Below the pieces are notes generated by a model. The model did no database searches. It was not told the DNA's origin and saw only the letters and a program-made list of their open reading frames with translations. A stretch of 64,000 nt of DNA from Candidatus Micrarchaeota archaeon. GTDB lineage: Archaea; Micrarchaeota; Micrarchaeia; Anstonellales; Anstonellaceae. Position 1 is the stretch's first letter; every line of letters starts with the position of its first letter. The stretch is from contig JAOAJY010000001.1 in NCBI GenBank assembly GCA_026413965.1, positions 125,275-189,274 on the forward strand. Reading direction: 5' to 3'. Positions 27,525 through 36,468 of the stretch are shown here, piece by piece. The position numbers and the translations under genes are program-made.

Positions 27525-28262
27525 TCAAATTCTTGGCTTCATGAGCGCAAGCTCTTTTGCAGCAAGCTCCTCAATCACTTCTTTGGCAATGACCCGCCTG
27601 CCGCCAATTTTCTCGTGCGGTATCCTGTTCCTGTCCAGCCTCCTCTCAAACGCATTCCTCTTTATCTTCACTCCCTTGGAATTCAGCACCTGCACAGCCT
27701 CAGCCACATCATAATAATTCTTGCATACGTGTATCATGCTTTCAATGGCGGACTTTGGCACCCAGCGCTGCGTCCCAATCTTGAGGGACGGGACAGAGTT
27801 TTTCTCTATTCTTCCGATGAAAGCGCGGAGGTTTATCTTCTCGTATTTCTTCAGCTCATTATATGCCTGCTTGACTGTGTAAAACTCATTAGCAAGGGAC
27901 ACCCAATCCTCAACAACAGGCTTGGGTATGAGGCGCTTGTTTCCAATCTTTTCTGAGCGGATTGACCGCCTCTCCACGCGCCCTCCAAAAGCGCGGAAAG
28001 AAAGGTCCACTCCCCCTTTCCTCAGCTCTTCATATGCCTCCTCAAGAGTGTAAAGGCCCATGCTTTTCAGCTGCTCCCTCTCAAGCTTGTCTTGCGCATG
28101 CATCTGCTTGGCTTTCTCCACAATCTCGCTGATGCTGTCATGAATCTCTTTCTCAACGCTTGCCCGCTTGGCTTTGAGGTCGGATATTTTAAGCGATTTC
28201 AGCTTGGCTACAACAGGGTCCTTGACAGTCTTTTCTATCACAATTCTTCTCCCGCGAGGCAT
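27525..28262 (-). CDS. Protein with N-terminal coiled coil and three tandem excisionase-like (HTH_17/MerR-type) domains
   Basis: Three ~55-aa repeats Y(T/D)xxEA...AF..R.....KIG..R.I.K; likely start ATG 28262. Confidence 0.8.
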   Translation of the reverse strand: MPRGRRIVIEKTVKDPVVAKLKSLKISDLKAKRASVEKEIHDSISEIVEKAKQMHAQDKLEREQLKSMGLYTLEEAYEELRKGGVDLSFRAFGGRVERRSIRSEKIGNKRLIPKPVVEDWVSLANEFYTVKQAYNELKKYEKINLRAFIGRIEKNSVPSLKIGTQRWVPKSAIESMIHVCKNYYDVAEAVQVLNSKGVKIKRNAFERRLDRNRIPHEKIGGRRVIAKEVIEELAAKELALMKPRI

Positions 28263-28419
28263 ATGGTCACCCACTCCTTTTACTCATAAATACACATTTT
28301 ACCATAATTTTTTGCCACCACTCATTTATAAGCCTTCCCTTCTGCTTTTGGCAAGGCTTCCCGGCTCTTGCCTACAAGTTAGCCGTGCAATATTTAAATA
28401 CTATTTCAAGAACCACATC

Positions 28420-29553
28420 GTGCGCCTCTTCCAGCTGTGCGCATTGTGCGCAAAAAGATTCCCGAAAAGCAGACACATCATCGCAGCCAAAAGAGCCGAA
28501 GGCTGCTTCATATGCAGAGGGCTCCTTTCCGCAATAGGCGCGCTTTCAAGGCAGGCAGTTGAGCTTTCGGACGGCTTTGAGTGGGGCTCTTTTTCGGTGG
28601 CCTCTTCCTTCCCCAAAGATGCGCTTGCGCGCGAGCAGGATGTCTGCGACCTCTTTTCGCCTCGCGAATGCACCTCAATGAAAAATTCAGCGAACGCGCT
28701 TGCGGCAACCGCCATAAAAAACCTGTCTGGCAAGCCGAACAGCCAAAGGGAAGCGGACGCGAATTTTCTTCTTGATTTCTCCATCCAGAAGGCTTTTTTC
28801 CAGCCAAGCCCGATTTTCGTTTTTGGCAGATACCTCAAGCTTTCCCGCTCGCATTGCCAAAGCAGATGGCAGTGCTTCAAATGCGGCGGGCGGGGAGGGG
28901 AGTGCTGCAGCGGAAGCGGAAAAAGCTACCCGTCAGTTGAGGAGGAGCTCGGCAAGGTCTTTGCCCAAGCTTTTTGCGCCAAGGATGCCAAGCTGCATGC
29001 GAGCGGCAGGGAAGATGTGGATGTGCGCAACCTTGCAGGCAGGGCCTTTGTGATGGAGCTTGCCAGCCCGAAAAAAAGGAAGGCGGATTTGCTTGCCATA
29101 GAGAAGCAATTCGGGGAAAGCTGCGCAGTCAGGGCTTTCGGCTTGCGCATGGCAAAAAAATGGGCAGTCGAAGCAGTCTGCAATTCGCATTTTGACAAGG
29201 AGTATGTCGCCATCGTTTCAGCTGATCGCGAGCTTTCGCAGCAAGATTGCCAGAAGATGTCCTTTCTGGAAGGGGCGGAGATAGAGCAGCAGACTCCTTT
29301 GAGGGTGCTTGGAAGGCGGGCGGATTTGGTGCGAAAAAGAAAGGTGCTTTCAATATCTTGCCAGCCGGAAGGGAAAAAGCTCAAGCTGAGGATTCTTGCA
29401 GAGGCAGGGACCTACATAAAGGAGCTGGTGAGCTCGGATGGCGGAAGGACAAAGCCAAGCGTCGCCTCAATTTTGGGGTGCAATGCGGTTTGCGAAGAGC
29501 TGGATGTGGCAGGCATACGCGATTATTTCTTGGAGACTATAGAGTTTGATTAA
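28420..29553 (+). CDS. pus10: tRNA pseudouridine(54/55) synthase Pus10
   Basis: N-terminal CxxC..CxxC, GRYLKLSR, HASGREDVDVR, QQTPLRV..RRAD, GTYIKELV..D.GRT. Confidence 0.93.
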   Translation: MRLFQLCALCAKRFPKSRHIIAAKRAEGCFICRGLLSAIGALSRQAVELSDGFEWGSFSVASSFPKDALAREQDVCDLFSPRECTSMKNSANALAATAIKNLSGKPNSQREADANFLLDFSIQKAFFQPSPIFVFGRYLKLSRSHCQSRWQCFKCGGRGGECCSGSGKSYPSVEEELGKVFAQAFCAKDAKLHASGREDVDVRNLAGRAFVMELASPKKRKADLLAIEKQFGESCAVRAFGLRMAKKWAVEAVCNSHFDKEYVAIVSADRELSQQDCQKMSFLEGAEIEQQTPLRVLGRRADLVRKRKVLSISCQPEGKKLKLRILAEAGTYIKELVSSDGGRTKPSVASILGCNAVCEELDVAGIRDYFLETIEFD

Positions 29554-29577
29554 ATATTTTGCGGGAAAGGTTTTTGC

Positions 29578-30474
29578 ATGCTGGAGTTCTTCCAAGCCCC
29601 GCCAGAAGTTCCTGGGATAGAGGCAAGGATTGCTGTGGCAGTGGCTTTCACGGCAGCTGCGGCATACTATGACATGTTCAACAAAAAATGGGTGCCAAAC
29701 GCGCTCCTTTACGCGTTCATCCTTTCCGCCATCGCCGTCAACATAGCTTTTTTTGAGGAGAAGGTTTTCATGCAAGCAGTTGCGTTTGGCGCAGCTGCAT
29801 TTGCGGTTTCCTATCCTTTGTACAAAATGGGGCAGCTTGGAGGGGCAGACGTCTATGCTTATTCAGGAATAGCCCTCTCCATTCCCTATCTTCCTCAGCC
29901 TATTTTTGGGCCTGCCCAGCAGATTCCATACCCATTTCTTTTCTCAGCGCTTGCCCCAACCGGGCTGGCTTTCATTGCCCACATGCTTGTCAGGTTCGTC
30001 CCATACATAGCGGCAAGGCTCAAGTCAGGAGAGGTTCGGATAAGCGCGCAAAAAGCAGCCCCGGCAGCCCTGATTTCGCTTGCGTTCCTGTTTTTCATCT
30101 ATTCGCTGTCCAGCCTGCCAGTGGCTCTCCCCGCCCACTATCTTGCCATTCTTGGCTTTCTTTTTTCAGCGCTGGTTTTCTTCTCATTGTTCAAGGAGGA
30201 AATCAAGGAAAGCATGATAGAGTACCTGCCGCTTTCAAAAATCCAGCCAGAAGATGTGCTTGCTGTTGAGAAAATGGACCAAAAGGCAGTCTTGCGCTTG
30301 AGGCTTAATCCGCTGCTTGACCAAGGAGCAATCAGCAGGATGAAAAAAGCGAAGCTCAAAAAAGCCCCAATATTCACCAAGATGCCATTTTTCTTGCCCT
30401 ACCTTCTCTTCGGGCTCATCATCAGCATCCTTTTTGGGGACATGGTGCATTTCTTCCTCAATTCCGCCTTATAG
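29578..30474 (+). CDS. Prepilin/class III signal peptidase (A24 family)
   Basis: YYD and GGAD aspartates in a multi-TM protein; C-terminal MPFFLPYL. Confidence 0.85.
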   Translation: MLEFFQAPPEVPGIEARIAVAVAFTAAAAYYDMFNKKWVPNALLYAFILSAIAVNIAFFEEKVFMQAVAFGAAAFAVSYPLYKMGQLGGADVYAYSGIALSIPYLPQPIFGPAQQIPYPFLFSALAPTGLAFIAHMLVRFVPYIAARLKSGEVRISAQKAAPAALISLAFLFFIYSLSSLPVALPAHYLAILGFLFSALVFFSLFKEEIKESMIEYLPLSKIQPEDVLAVEKMDQKAVLRLRLNPLLDQGAISRMKKAKLKKAPIFTKMPFFLPYLLFGLIISILFGDMVHFFLNSAL

Positions 30475-31000
30475 CCTGAAGAATTTCCTCAGCTCCGCCA
30501 TCTTTGTGGAATTCTCTTGCGCTTTCAATCGCTGCCTCAAGATAAGGCCTTGAAGGAAGCGCATCTGCCGCTTCCCCTTCCAGGACAAACGCAGTCGCCA
30601 AGACCTCGCTTCCATCAGCAAGCTTCGCCTTCACAGGCATCCTCCTCCAAAACCCTGCCCAGTGGGATTTTTGCAGAGCCTCAAGCTGATGCTTTGCCAT
30701 CCTATATACCGCTCCGCGCGCAATCCCATTTTCATCCGGCACCAAATTCGCAACGCCAAACTCTGTTTTTTTGCTGGTCTGGAAAGCAATCCGGTAGCCC
30801 TCCACAACCGCAGGCTCGGCAGAATCAAATCCTCCTGCTTTTTTTGCAATCGTGCTTTTGCTTGCTGATGGGCCGTAGGCAAAAAGCGCAACAGAAGACC
30901 GGCTGTCTATGTGGAGGAAAGCCATAAGCAGCAATCCTGCGCAGGCAGCGCAGAGAATGATGAAAGCCAGCCTAACCCAGTCCATCCAACCACTTCTCAA
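30458..31000 (-). CDS. Membrane-anchored gamma-glutamylcyclotransferase-fold protein
   Basis: N-terminal TM, FAYG, GVANLVP, GAVY, PSRPYL. Confidence 0.7.
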   Translation of the reverse strand: MRSGWMDWVRLAFIILCAACAGLLLMAFLHIDSRSSVALFAYGPSASKSTIAKKAGGFDSAEPAVVEGYRIAFQTSKKTEFGVANLVPDENGIARGAVYRMAKHQLEALQKSHWAGFWRRMPVKAKLADGSEVLATAFVLEGEAADALPSRPYLEAAIESAREFHKDGGAEEILQAIRRN

Positions 31001-33444
31001 AAGAATGAGGAGAGGCTTTTTTGCTCCCCGCCAAACCTCAAGTCCTCCTCCCGATACCCAAGCTCATGGAGTATCTTCAAGACTGATGGCAGCACTTGAT
31101 TGTCGATGTAGTATGCAGGGTCATAGTCTTTCGCAAGCTCAACAGGCTGCGCCTTTTCGGATATGCTGCTTCCTTTCTTGGTTATCACATAGCCTATTAT
31201 GTGCCCTTTCTCCACCGGCATGCCTGCGGCTATGGCTTTTTGGGCGGCAGAAAGCTCGGGAGATTTCACATCATATTTTCTTGGGTCTTTCCTTATCTGC
31301 GTGTAAATCGCAAGCTCCTCAAGAGGCACCTCGCCGCTGCGCAGCCTCTCAATGACTTTCCGGACTTCGCTTACTGCCTTTTCCTTGCTTCCGTATTTGA
31401 GTATCGCCTCCAATACTTTCCTCTGTGTAGACTTTGCGATTGCGGACCAGTCTCTTCTGACAAGCTCAAACCCGCGTATTTTTATCTTCCCATCCTCGCC
31501 AATCAGAGCGTATTTTTTCTTTGCTCCGGTTTCCTCCCCGGCGCCTTTTTTCGTGACAAAAACCCCCCTTGGATAAAACCCTTCCAGCTCAAGCTCCATG
31601 TCCCCTGGAAGCTCCTCATTTATCTTTTTCATGAATTCAAGCGCCTCTTGCTTGGTCTTGCCTCCCATAAGAAGAAAGATGGAGTCAGTGTCCCCGTATA
31701 GGACCTCAAATCCGGCTTGCTCTGCTTTTTGGATGGTCTCCTGGATGAAGTGCCTGCCCCAAGCCGTCACCGCCTCCCCGCATTCGCGCGAGTACCACCG
31801 CGACCTTGGGTATGCCAGATATCCGTAGTAAGAGTTGGCAAGGATTTTCAGAGACTGCACTCTGGCAAAAAGCATCTCGTATTCCGCAGTGTCCTTCTCA
31901 ATTTCTTTGAGCCTCTGCTTCATGCTGCTTCTGGCTGCAATCAGCTCTTGAAGGACTGATGGAATCAGGCCACGCGGGCTTTTGGCGAATCTGCTTCCGC
32001 TTGGGGAAACATAGCACTCAGCATCGCCTGCCCCGCTTGGGGGATTGAGCGTGAATGGGTCAATGTTGTGCGAGGTTATTATTGAAGGGTACAAGCCGCG
32101 GAAGTCAAAAACCACCAGGCCCTCGTATATTCCAGGCTGCGGCAGCTTGACAAACGCGCCTTTTATCGGGCCAAGCTCGCGCTCACGCGCCAAAGCCTCA
32201 TCGGGCTTGTTTGGTATTATTGCCCCTCTCTCAAAGCTTTTGTGCATCAGCAAGGACTCCACAAGCTGCCCCGCAGTGGCGTTGGCGGCGTCAAACAAAG
32301 GCAGCCTTGTCAGGCGGCTCATCTCCATCTCCAAAGGAAGAAGCATCTTCCCAATCTCCATGGTGGCTTGCGCGTCAAAAAGGGAATATTCGGCAAGCTC
32401 GCCCACAAGGGAGGGGTTTTCCCACATCTTCCATATCTCCAGCTTCCGGACCATCAGCTTCTTCTTGCCAGTGAGCTCCTCGTAAGCGTTTTCAAGGCTG
32501 TACTTTGAGACTTTGAATGCCCCAATAAAGCCCATGAACCGGACAATGGGGTAAAGGTCCAGATGTATGCGCCCAGTGATTTCCGCCACATCGCGTATCC
32601 CCTGCCGCCTGGTCCTGAAAGGCTTCCCATCCCTGCCTATCGGAAAGTCCAGCCCATTCGCATCTGCCCTGGCTTTCAGGTAAGGCAAATCAAAGGCAGT
32701 GCTGTTGTAGCCAAACAAAACCTCAACATCATTTTCTTTTATGGCCTCAAGGAATTTCTTTATCATCTCCCTCTCGTCTTTGCACACAACCGCAAAGCCT
32801 TTTCCAACCTCCTTGCTTGTGATCACCTTCCGCTCCCCAGTTTCCCCAATCTCGTAAGAAATCATGATTATCTCGTCTTTGTCTGGCCGGGGCATTCCTG
32901 TAGGGTTGTAGGTTTCAATGTCAAAAGACATCGTCCTCAAGCTGGCCGCCTTCTGCATGCGCTTGACAATCCTCTTTATCCATTTTCCTTGCCGCTCATA
33001 GACTATTGTGGAGAAAGGCGCAAGCCCCTTGTCTATAAGATATCTCCTGCCAAATGGAATGTCCTTTTCAAAGGTTGGATATTTTGAGAGAGCAGAGCTT
33101 AAGGCAGGGACATCATAGGGCATCTGGCAATAAACCTTCCAAATCTTCTTCCTTTTCCCAAGCACTTCGCGCTCCACAAGCTCGGCTTTCGTAGGGGAAG
33201 CCACCCTCCCTCTGCTTTGCGCTTTGGCGGAAAGGATCTCCTCCAAGGCGGACTCTGGAGCATCAGCATAAAAATAAGGCTCGTACCAGTCGTACAGCCT
33301 GAAGAAGCGCTTTCCTTTCATAAGCAGGCGGACAGCGGTTTTGCCATCCACTATCGCGTAATCAGCGTCAATCAGGATAGCCTTTCTTCTGGCAAGCACG
33401 CTTTCATCTTCCATCTTTATCGTAGGTTTCTCCACGGCAAGCAT
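30997..33444 (-). CDS. polB: Family B DNA polymerase
   Basis: FDIET and YNSTAFD exonuclease motifs; DFRGLYPS, KILANSYYG, YGDTDS; start at 33444 or 33414. Confidence 0.95.
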   Translation of the reverse strand: MLAVEKPTIKMEDESVLARRKAILIDADYAIVDGKTAVRLLMKGKRFFRLYDWYEPYFYADAPESALEEILSAKAQSRGRVASPTKAELVEREVLGKRKKIWKVYCQMPYDVPALSSALSKYPTFEKDIPFGRRYLIDKGLAPFSTIVYERQGKWIKRIVKRMQKAASLRTMSFDIETYNPTGMPRPDKDEIIMISYEIGETGERKVITSKEVGKGFAVVCKDEREMIKKFLEAIKENDVEVLFGYNSTAFDLPYLKARADANGLDFPIGRDGKPFRTRRQGIRDVAEITGRIHLDLYPIVRFMGFIGAFKVSKYSLENAYEELTGKKKLMVRKLEIWKMWENPSLVGELAEYSLFDAQATMEIGKMLLPLEMEMSRLTRLPLFDAANATAGQLVESLLMHKSFERGAIIPNKPDEALARERELGPIKGAFVKLPQPGIYEGLVVFDFRGLYPSIITSHNIDPFTLNPPSGAGDAECYVSPSGSRFAKSPRGLIPSVLQELIAARSSMKQRLKEIEKDTAEYEMLFARVQSLKILANSYYGYLAYPRSRWYSRECGEAVTAWGRHFIQETIQKAEQAGFEVLYGDTDSIFLLMGGKTKQEALEFMKKINEELPGDMELELEGFYPRGVFVTKKGAGEETGAKKKYALIGEDGKIKIRGFELVRRDWSAIAKSTQRKVLEAILKYGSKEKAVSEVRKVIERLRSGEVPLEELAIYTQIRKDPRKYDVKSPELSAAQKAIAAGMPVEKGHIIGYVITKKGSSISEKAQPVELAKDYDPAYYIDNQVLPSVLKILHELGYREEDLRFGGEQKSLSSFF

Positions 33445-33515
33445 TAAAGAGGTTTCAACAGAGCCTAGTGCTTGGATTTTAAATTTCACTCGCGTTTTGG
33501 CTGACAGGTGGTTGC

Positions 33516-34523
33516 ATGATAAATGTGGCGGTGAACGGGTTTGGAAGAATCGGAAAGCTTGTTGTGAGGGCGGCTTTTGAGCGCGGCTTTGTGGGCAAAA
33601 AATTCGAGATAGTTGCGATAAATGACACCCACGACCCAAAGCTTTCAGCCCATCTGTTCAAATACGACTCCACGCAAGGGAGGTTTTCAGGAAAGGTGAG
33701 CGCAGAGCCAGGCAAGATGCAGATAAACGGCTATGACATAAAGCTGGTCTCATCGCGCGACCCCTCAACAATCAAGTGGGGCGAGATGGGGGTGGATTTG
33801 GTCTTGGAATGCACAGGCGCATTCACAGACAGGGCAGGAGCCTCCAAGCATCTGCAGTCAGGGGCAAAAAAGGTCCTGATTTCCGCCCCATGCAAAGGAG
33901 GCGAGGCGGACGCCACCATCGTCATCGGAGTCAATGACGAAAAATACGACAAAAAGAAGCACCACATAGTGTCAATAGGCTCATGCACCACAAACTGCCT
34001 TGCCCCAGTGGCAAAGGTGGTTGATGACGCATTCGGGATAGAGGCTGGGTTCATGACCACCTGCCATGCTTACACAAACGACCAGCTCATACTTGACGCA
34101 AACCATAAGGACTTCAGGCGCGCAAGGGCAGGCGCAATAAACATAATCCCCACCTCCACAGGCGCTGCGAAAGCCATAGGCGAGGTGATACCGAAGCTGA
34201 AAGGGAAGATGGACGGGCTGGCTCTTCGGGTGCCCATCCCAGTTGGCTCAATAAACGACCTTTCTTGCCTTCTTTCAAAGGAGGCAAGCGCAGAGGAGCT
34301 GAACGCGGCTGTCAAAAAAGCCGCGGAAGGAAAGATGAAAGGAATACTGGAATACACCGAAGACCCGATTGTTTCCTCAGACATAGTCCACAATCCAGCA
34401 AGCTCCATATTCGACGCCCTTTCCACAAAGGCAATCGGCAAGACGGCGAAGCTTCTGTCATGGTATGACAATGAATGGGGCTTTTCCAACAGGATGGTGG
34501 AAATGGCGGCAAAGATGTTCTGA
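33516..34523 (+). CDS. gap: Type I (bacterial-type) glyceraldehyde-3-phosphate dehydrogenase
   Basis: NGFGRIG, SCTTNCLAP, NIIPTSTGAAKA, SWYDNEWG. Confidence 0.95.
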   Translation: MINVAVNGFGRIGKLVVRAAFERGFVGKKFEIVAINDTHDPKLSAHLFKYDSTQGRFSGKVSAEPGKMQINGYDIKLVSSRDPSTIKWGEMGVDLVLECTGAFTDRAGASKHLQSGAKKVLISAPCKGGEADATIVIGVNDEKYDKKKHHIVSIGSCTTNCLAPVAKVVDDAFGIEAGFMTTCHAYTNDQLILDANHKDFRRARAGAINIIPTSTGAAKAIGEVIPKLKGKMDGLALRVPIPVGSINDLSCLLSKEASAEELNAAVKKAAEGKMKGILEYTEDPIVSSDIVHNPASSIFDALSTKAIGKTAKLLSWYDNEWGFSNRMVEMAAKMF

Positions 34524-34731
34524 CGATGGGATTAAAAATTCTCGGATGCCCAATGGCATGCATTCTGGAATTTTAAGAAAAGTAGGCCTGCGCAAAAAAG
34601 CGCGCAGGCAAGGCGACCAGTTTTCTGTCCAAGACAGAAAGAAAAGACGGGCATTTCATAATGTTAGGTGTTGCATTATATATAAATGTTTGCATGCATT
34701 TAAACATAAAATACAACAAGAGGGTAATTTC

Positions 34732-35514
34732 TTGGCGGAAGAGAAAAAAGAAAAGCAGGCGCTTTTGGAGAGCCTTCCAGACGGCTTGAAGGAGATAGCG
34801 GATATACCTCAAGAAAAGCTCCTCACGCTGCCTGCGAAAGAGCAAGAGAAGCAAGAGCTCCTGCCCTCTCAGCAGCAAAAGCCTGCGCTTCCTGAAAGGC
34901 CCCGCACCCAAAAAGAAAAAGAGCTGGACGAGCTTATAGCCGCCCGCCAATCCATAATTGAGCAGCTTAAGGAGAAAAACCCAAAGCTTGCCGAGGCGCG
35001 CAAGCAAATAGCCTCCCTTCTGCCATCCCTCAAAGGCAAAGGAGCTGGCAAAGCAGTGGAGCTTATGCGGGAGGAAGAGAGGATAGAATTCTCAATCGCA
35101 ACCGAAGCATACACTCCCAAGCAGGAGCGGGAGCTTCTCAAGCGCCTGAGAGCCATAAGGGCAGAGCTTTCGCAGCACAAGGAGCTTGACGCGATAAGAA
35201 AGCAGGTGGAGGAGAAAAGAGCAGAGGTCAGGGCTTTGGCCTCTGAGATAAAGGAGTTGGAGAAAAAGCTTGCCGAGGCGCGCGCCGCCTGCGACGCAAA
35301 ATACGCAGAAGTTCTTGCGGAAAGGAAAGCTGCTTATGAAAAAAGGCAGCGCGAAAGGGCACAAAAGAGGCAGGAGCGCCTTTCTAGCCTTCTTGAAGCC
35401 AGGAAGAGAAAGCGGGAAAAGGAAATGGCAAAATACATGAAAGCATTTGACGACACAGTCTCAATGGATGAGATAGTGCAGATAGAGCGCAAAGAGAAAA
35501 AGAGCAAAAAATAA
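34732..35514 (+). CDS. Archaeal coiled-coil protein (COG1340-like)
   Basis: Long E/K/R coiled coil, IEFSIATEAYTPKQERELLK; TTG start after GAGGGT SD. Confidence 0.7.
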   Translation: MAEEKKEKQALLESLPDGLKEIADIPQEKLLTLPAKEQEKQELLPSQQQKPALPERPRTQKEKELDELIAARQSIIEQLKEKNPKLAEARKQIASLLPSLKGKGAGKAVELMREEERIEFSIATEAYTPKQERELLKRLRAIRAELSQHKELDAIRKQVEEKRAEVRALASEIKELEKKLAEARAACDAKYAEVLAERKAAYEKRQRERAQKRQERLSSLLEARKRKREKEMAKYMKAFDDTVSMDEIVQIERKEKKSKK

Positions 35515-35524
35515 TCATTCAAGA
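35475..35524 (+). repeat. 50-bp direct repeat, left copy
   Basis: agtgcagatagagcgcaaagagaaaaagagcaaaaaataatcattcaaga, identical to 36419..36468. Confidence 0.95.
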
Positions 35525-35570
35525 TTCAGCCCATCCAAACTAATAAAAATAAGGAGGCAGTATAAAAGGT

Positions 35571-36392
35571 ATGCGTGGCTACTCCTTAAAAAAAGCTCAA
35601 GGAAGCACGGAATACCTAGGTATAATGATAATCGTCCTGGTGATCGCACTTGTTTCTATATCAATAATGAACGATGCATTTGTCAAGACATCAGATGTTA
35701 AGGTATCCGAAAGCTCTGCCTATTGGCAGTCTGCTTCTCCGATTGCAATTCTGGAATCTAGGGCAGATGCTTCTGGCTTGACATTTAAGGTTAGGAATAA
35801 TGGGTTAGAAAGGATCGAAATAAATGGGATTCTTTCTTCTGGCTCGCAAATTCCCCTTTCACCTGCCATTTCTCTTTCCCCTGGCGAAGAAAGATTGATT
35901 TCTAATATAGCTGGATTGAACCTTACAGCAGGCAGAAAAAAGGTAGATGTTTTTTCACTCGGTTTTTCCTATACGGTTCGCTTCGGCTCAATGTCCATGA
36001 CCAAGATCCAGACAGGCCCCCCAGTCACCTCCATAGTATGTGGTGATGCCGATTGCTCTAGCCTCGGCAGCTCTTCTGGTTGCGGAATAGGGTGCGGATT
36101 TGGCTATACCTGTTGCAGCTATGAGCCTGGGCAGTATGCCTGTCTATTTGCAAGCGGAGGGACACTATGCAGCGGATTTGAAGTGTGCAGCGAAGGAAAG
36201 TTTTACTGCGAGCCAATGGGCCAGTGTGTCCCCCTAGGAACAATCTGCAATAATTGCATGGGCAGCTGCGGAGAGGGGCAAGTGTGCTGTGTTTGCGATG
36301 CCCAATGTGTTCCTGAAGGGCAGTGTGCTTGCGAACACTGCTTGGAAATCCAATGCTCAGGCGGGAACTGCATCTGCGTTTCTCAAGGATGA
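35571..36392 (+). CDS. Class III signal peptide (type IV pilin-like) protein with Cys-rich C-terminal domain
   Basis: KKAQGSTEYL followed by a hydrophobic helix; 24 Cys in the last ~120 aa. Confidence 0.85.
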   Translation: MRGYSLKKAQGSTEYLGIMIIVLVIALVSISIMNDAFVKTSDVKVSESSAYWQSASPIAILESRADASGLTFKVRNNGLERIEINGILSSGSQIPLSPAISLSPGEERLISNIAGLNLTAGRKKVDVFSLGFSYTVRFGSMSMTKIQTGPPVTSIVCGDADCSSLGSSSGCGIGCGFGYTCCSYEPGQYACLFASGGTLCSGFEVCSEGKFYCEPMGQCVPLGTICNNCMGSCGEGQVCCVCDAQCVPEGQCACEHCLEIQCSGGNCICVSQG

Positions 36393-36418
36393 TTTTCGAA
36401 TAGCAGCAAACAGCCACA

Positions 36419-36468
36419 AGTGCAGATAGAGCGCAAAGAGAAAAAGAGCAAAAAATAATCATTCAAGA
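36419..36468 (+). repeat. 50-bp direct repeat, right copy
   Basis: Identical to 35475..35524; contains the stop codon of the convergent reductase gene. Confidence 0.95.

Noticed and set aside
30997-33639. Intein or N-terminal extension in PolB
   Set aside because: Catalytic motifs are normally spaced; the extra 65 N-terminal codons overlap gap on the opposite strand and are an ORF-calling overrun
35475-36468. CRISPR array or IS element as explanation of the 50-bp repeat
   Set aside because: Only two copies 944 bp apart, the repeat is coding sequence of the flanking genes, and there are no cas genes, transposase or terminal inverted repeats
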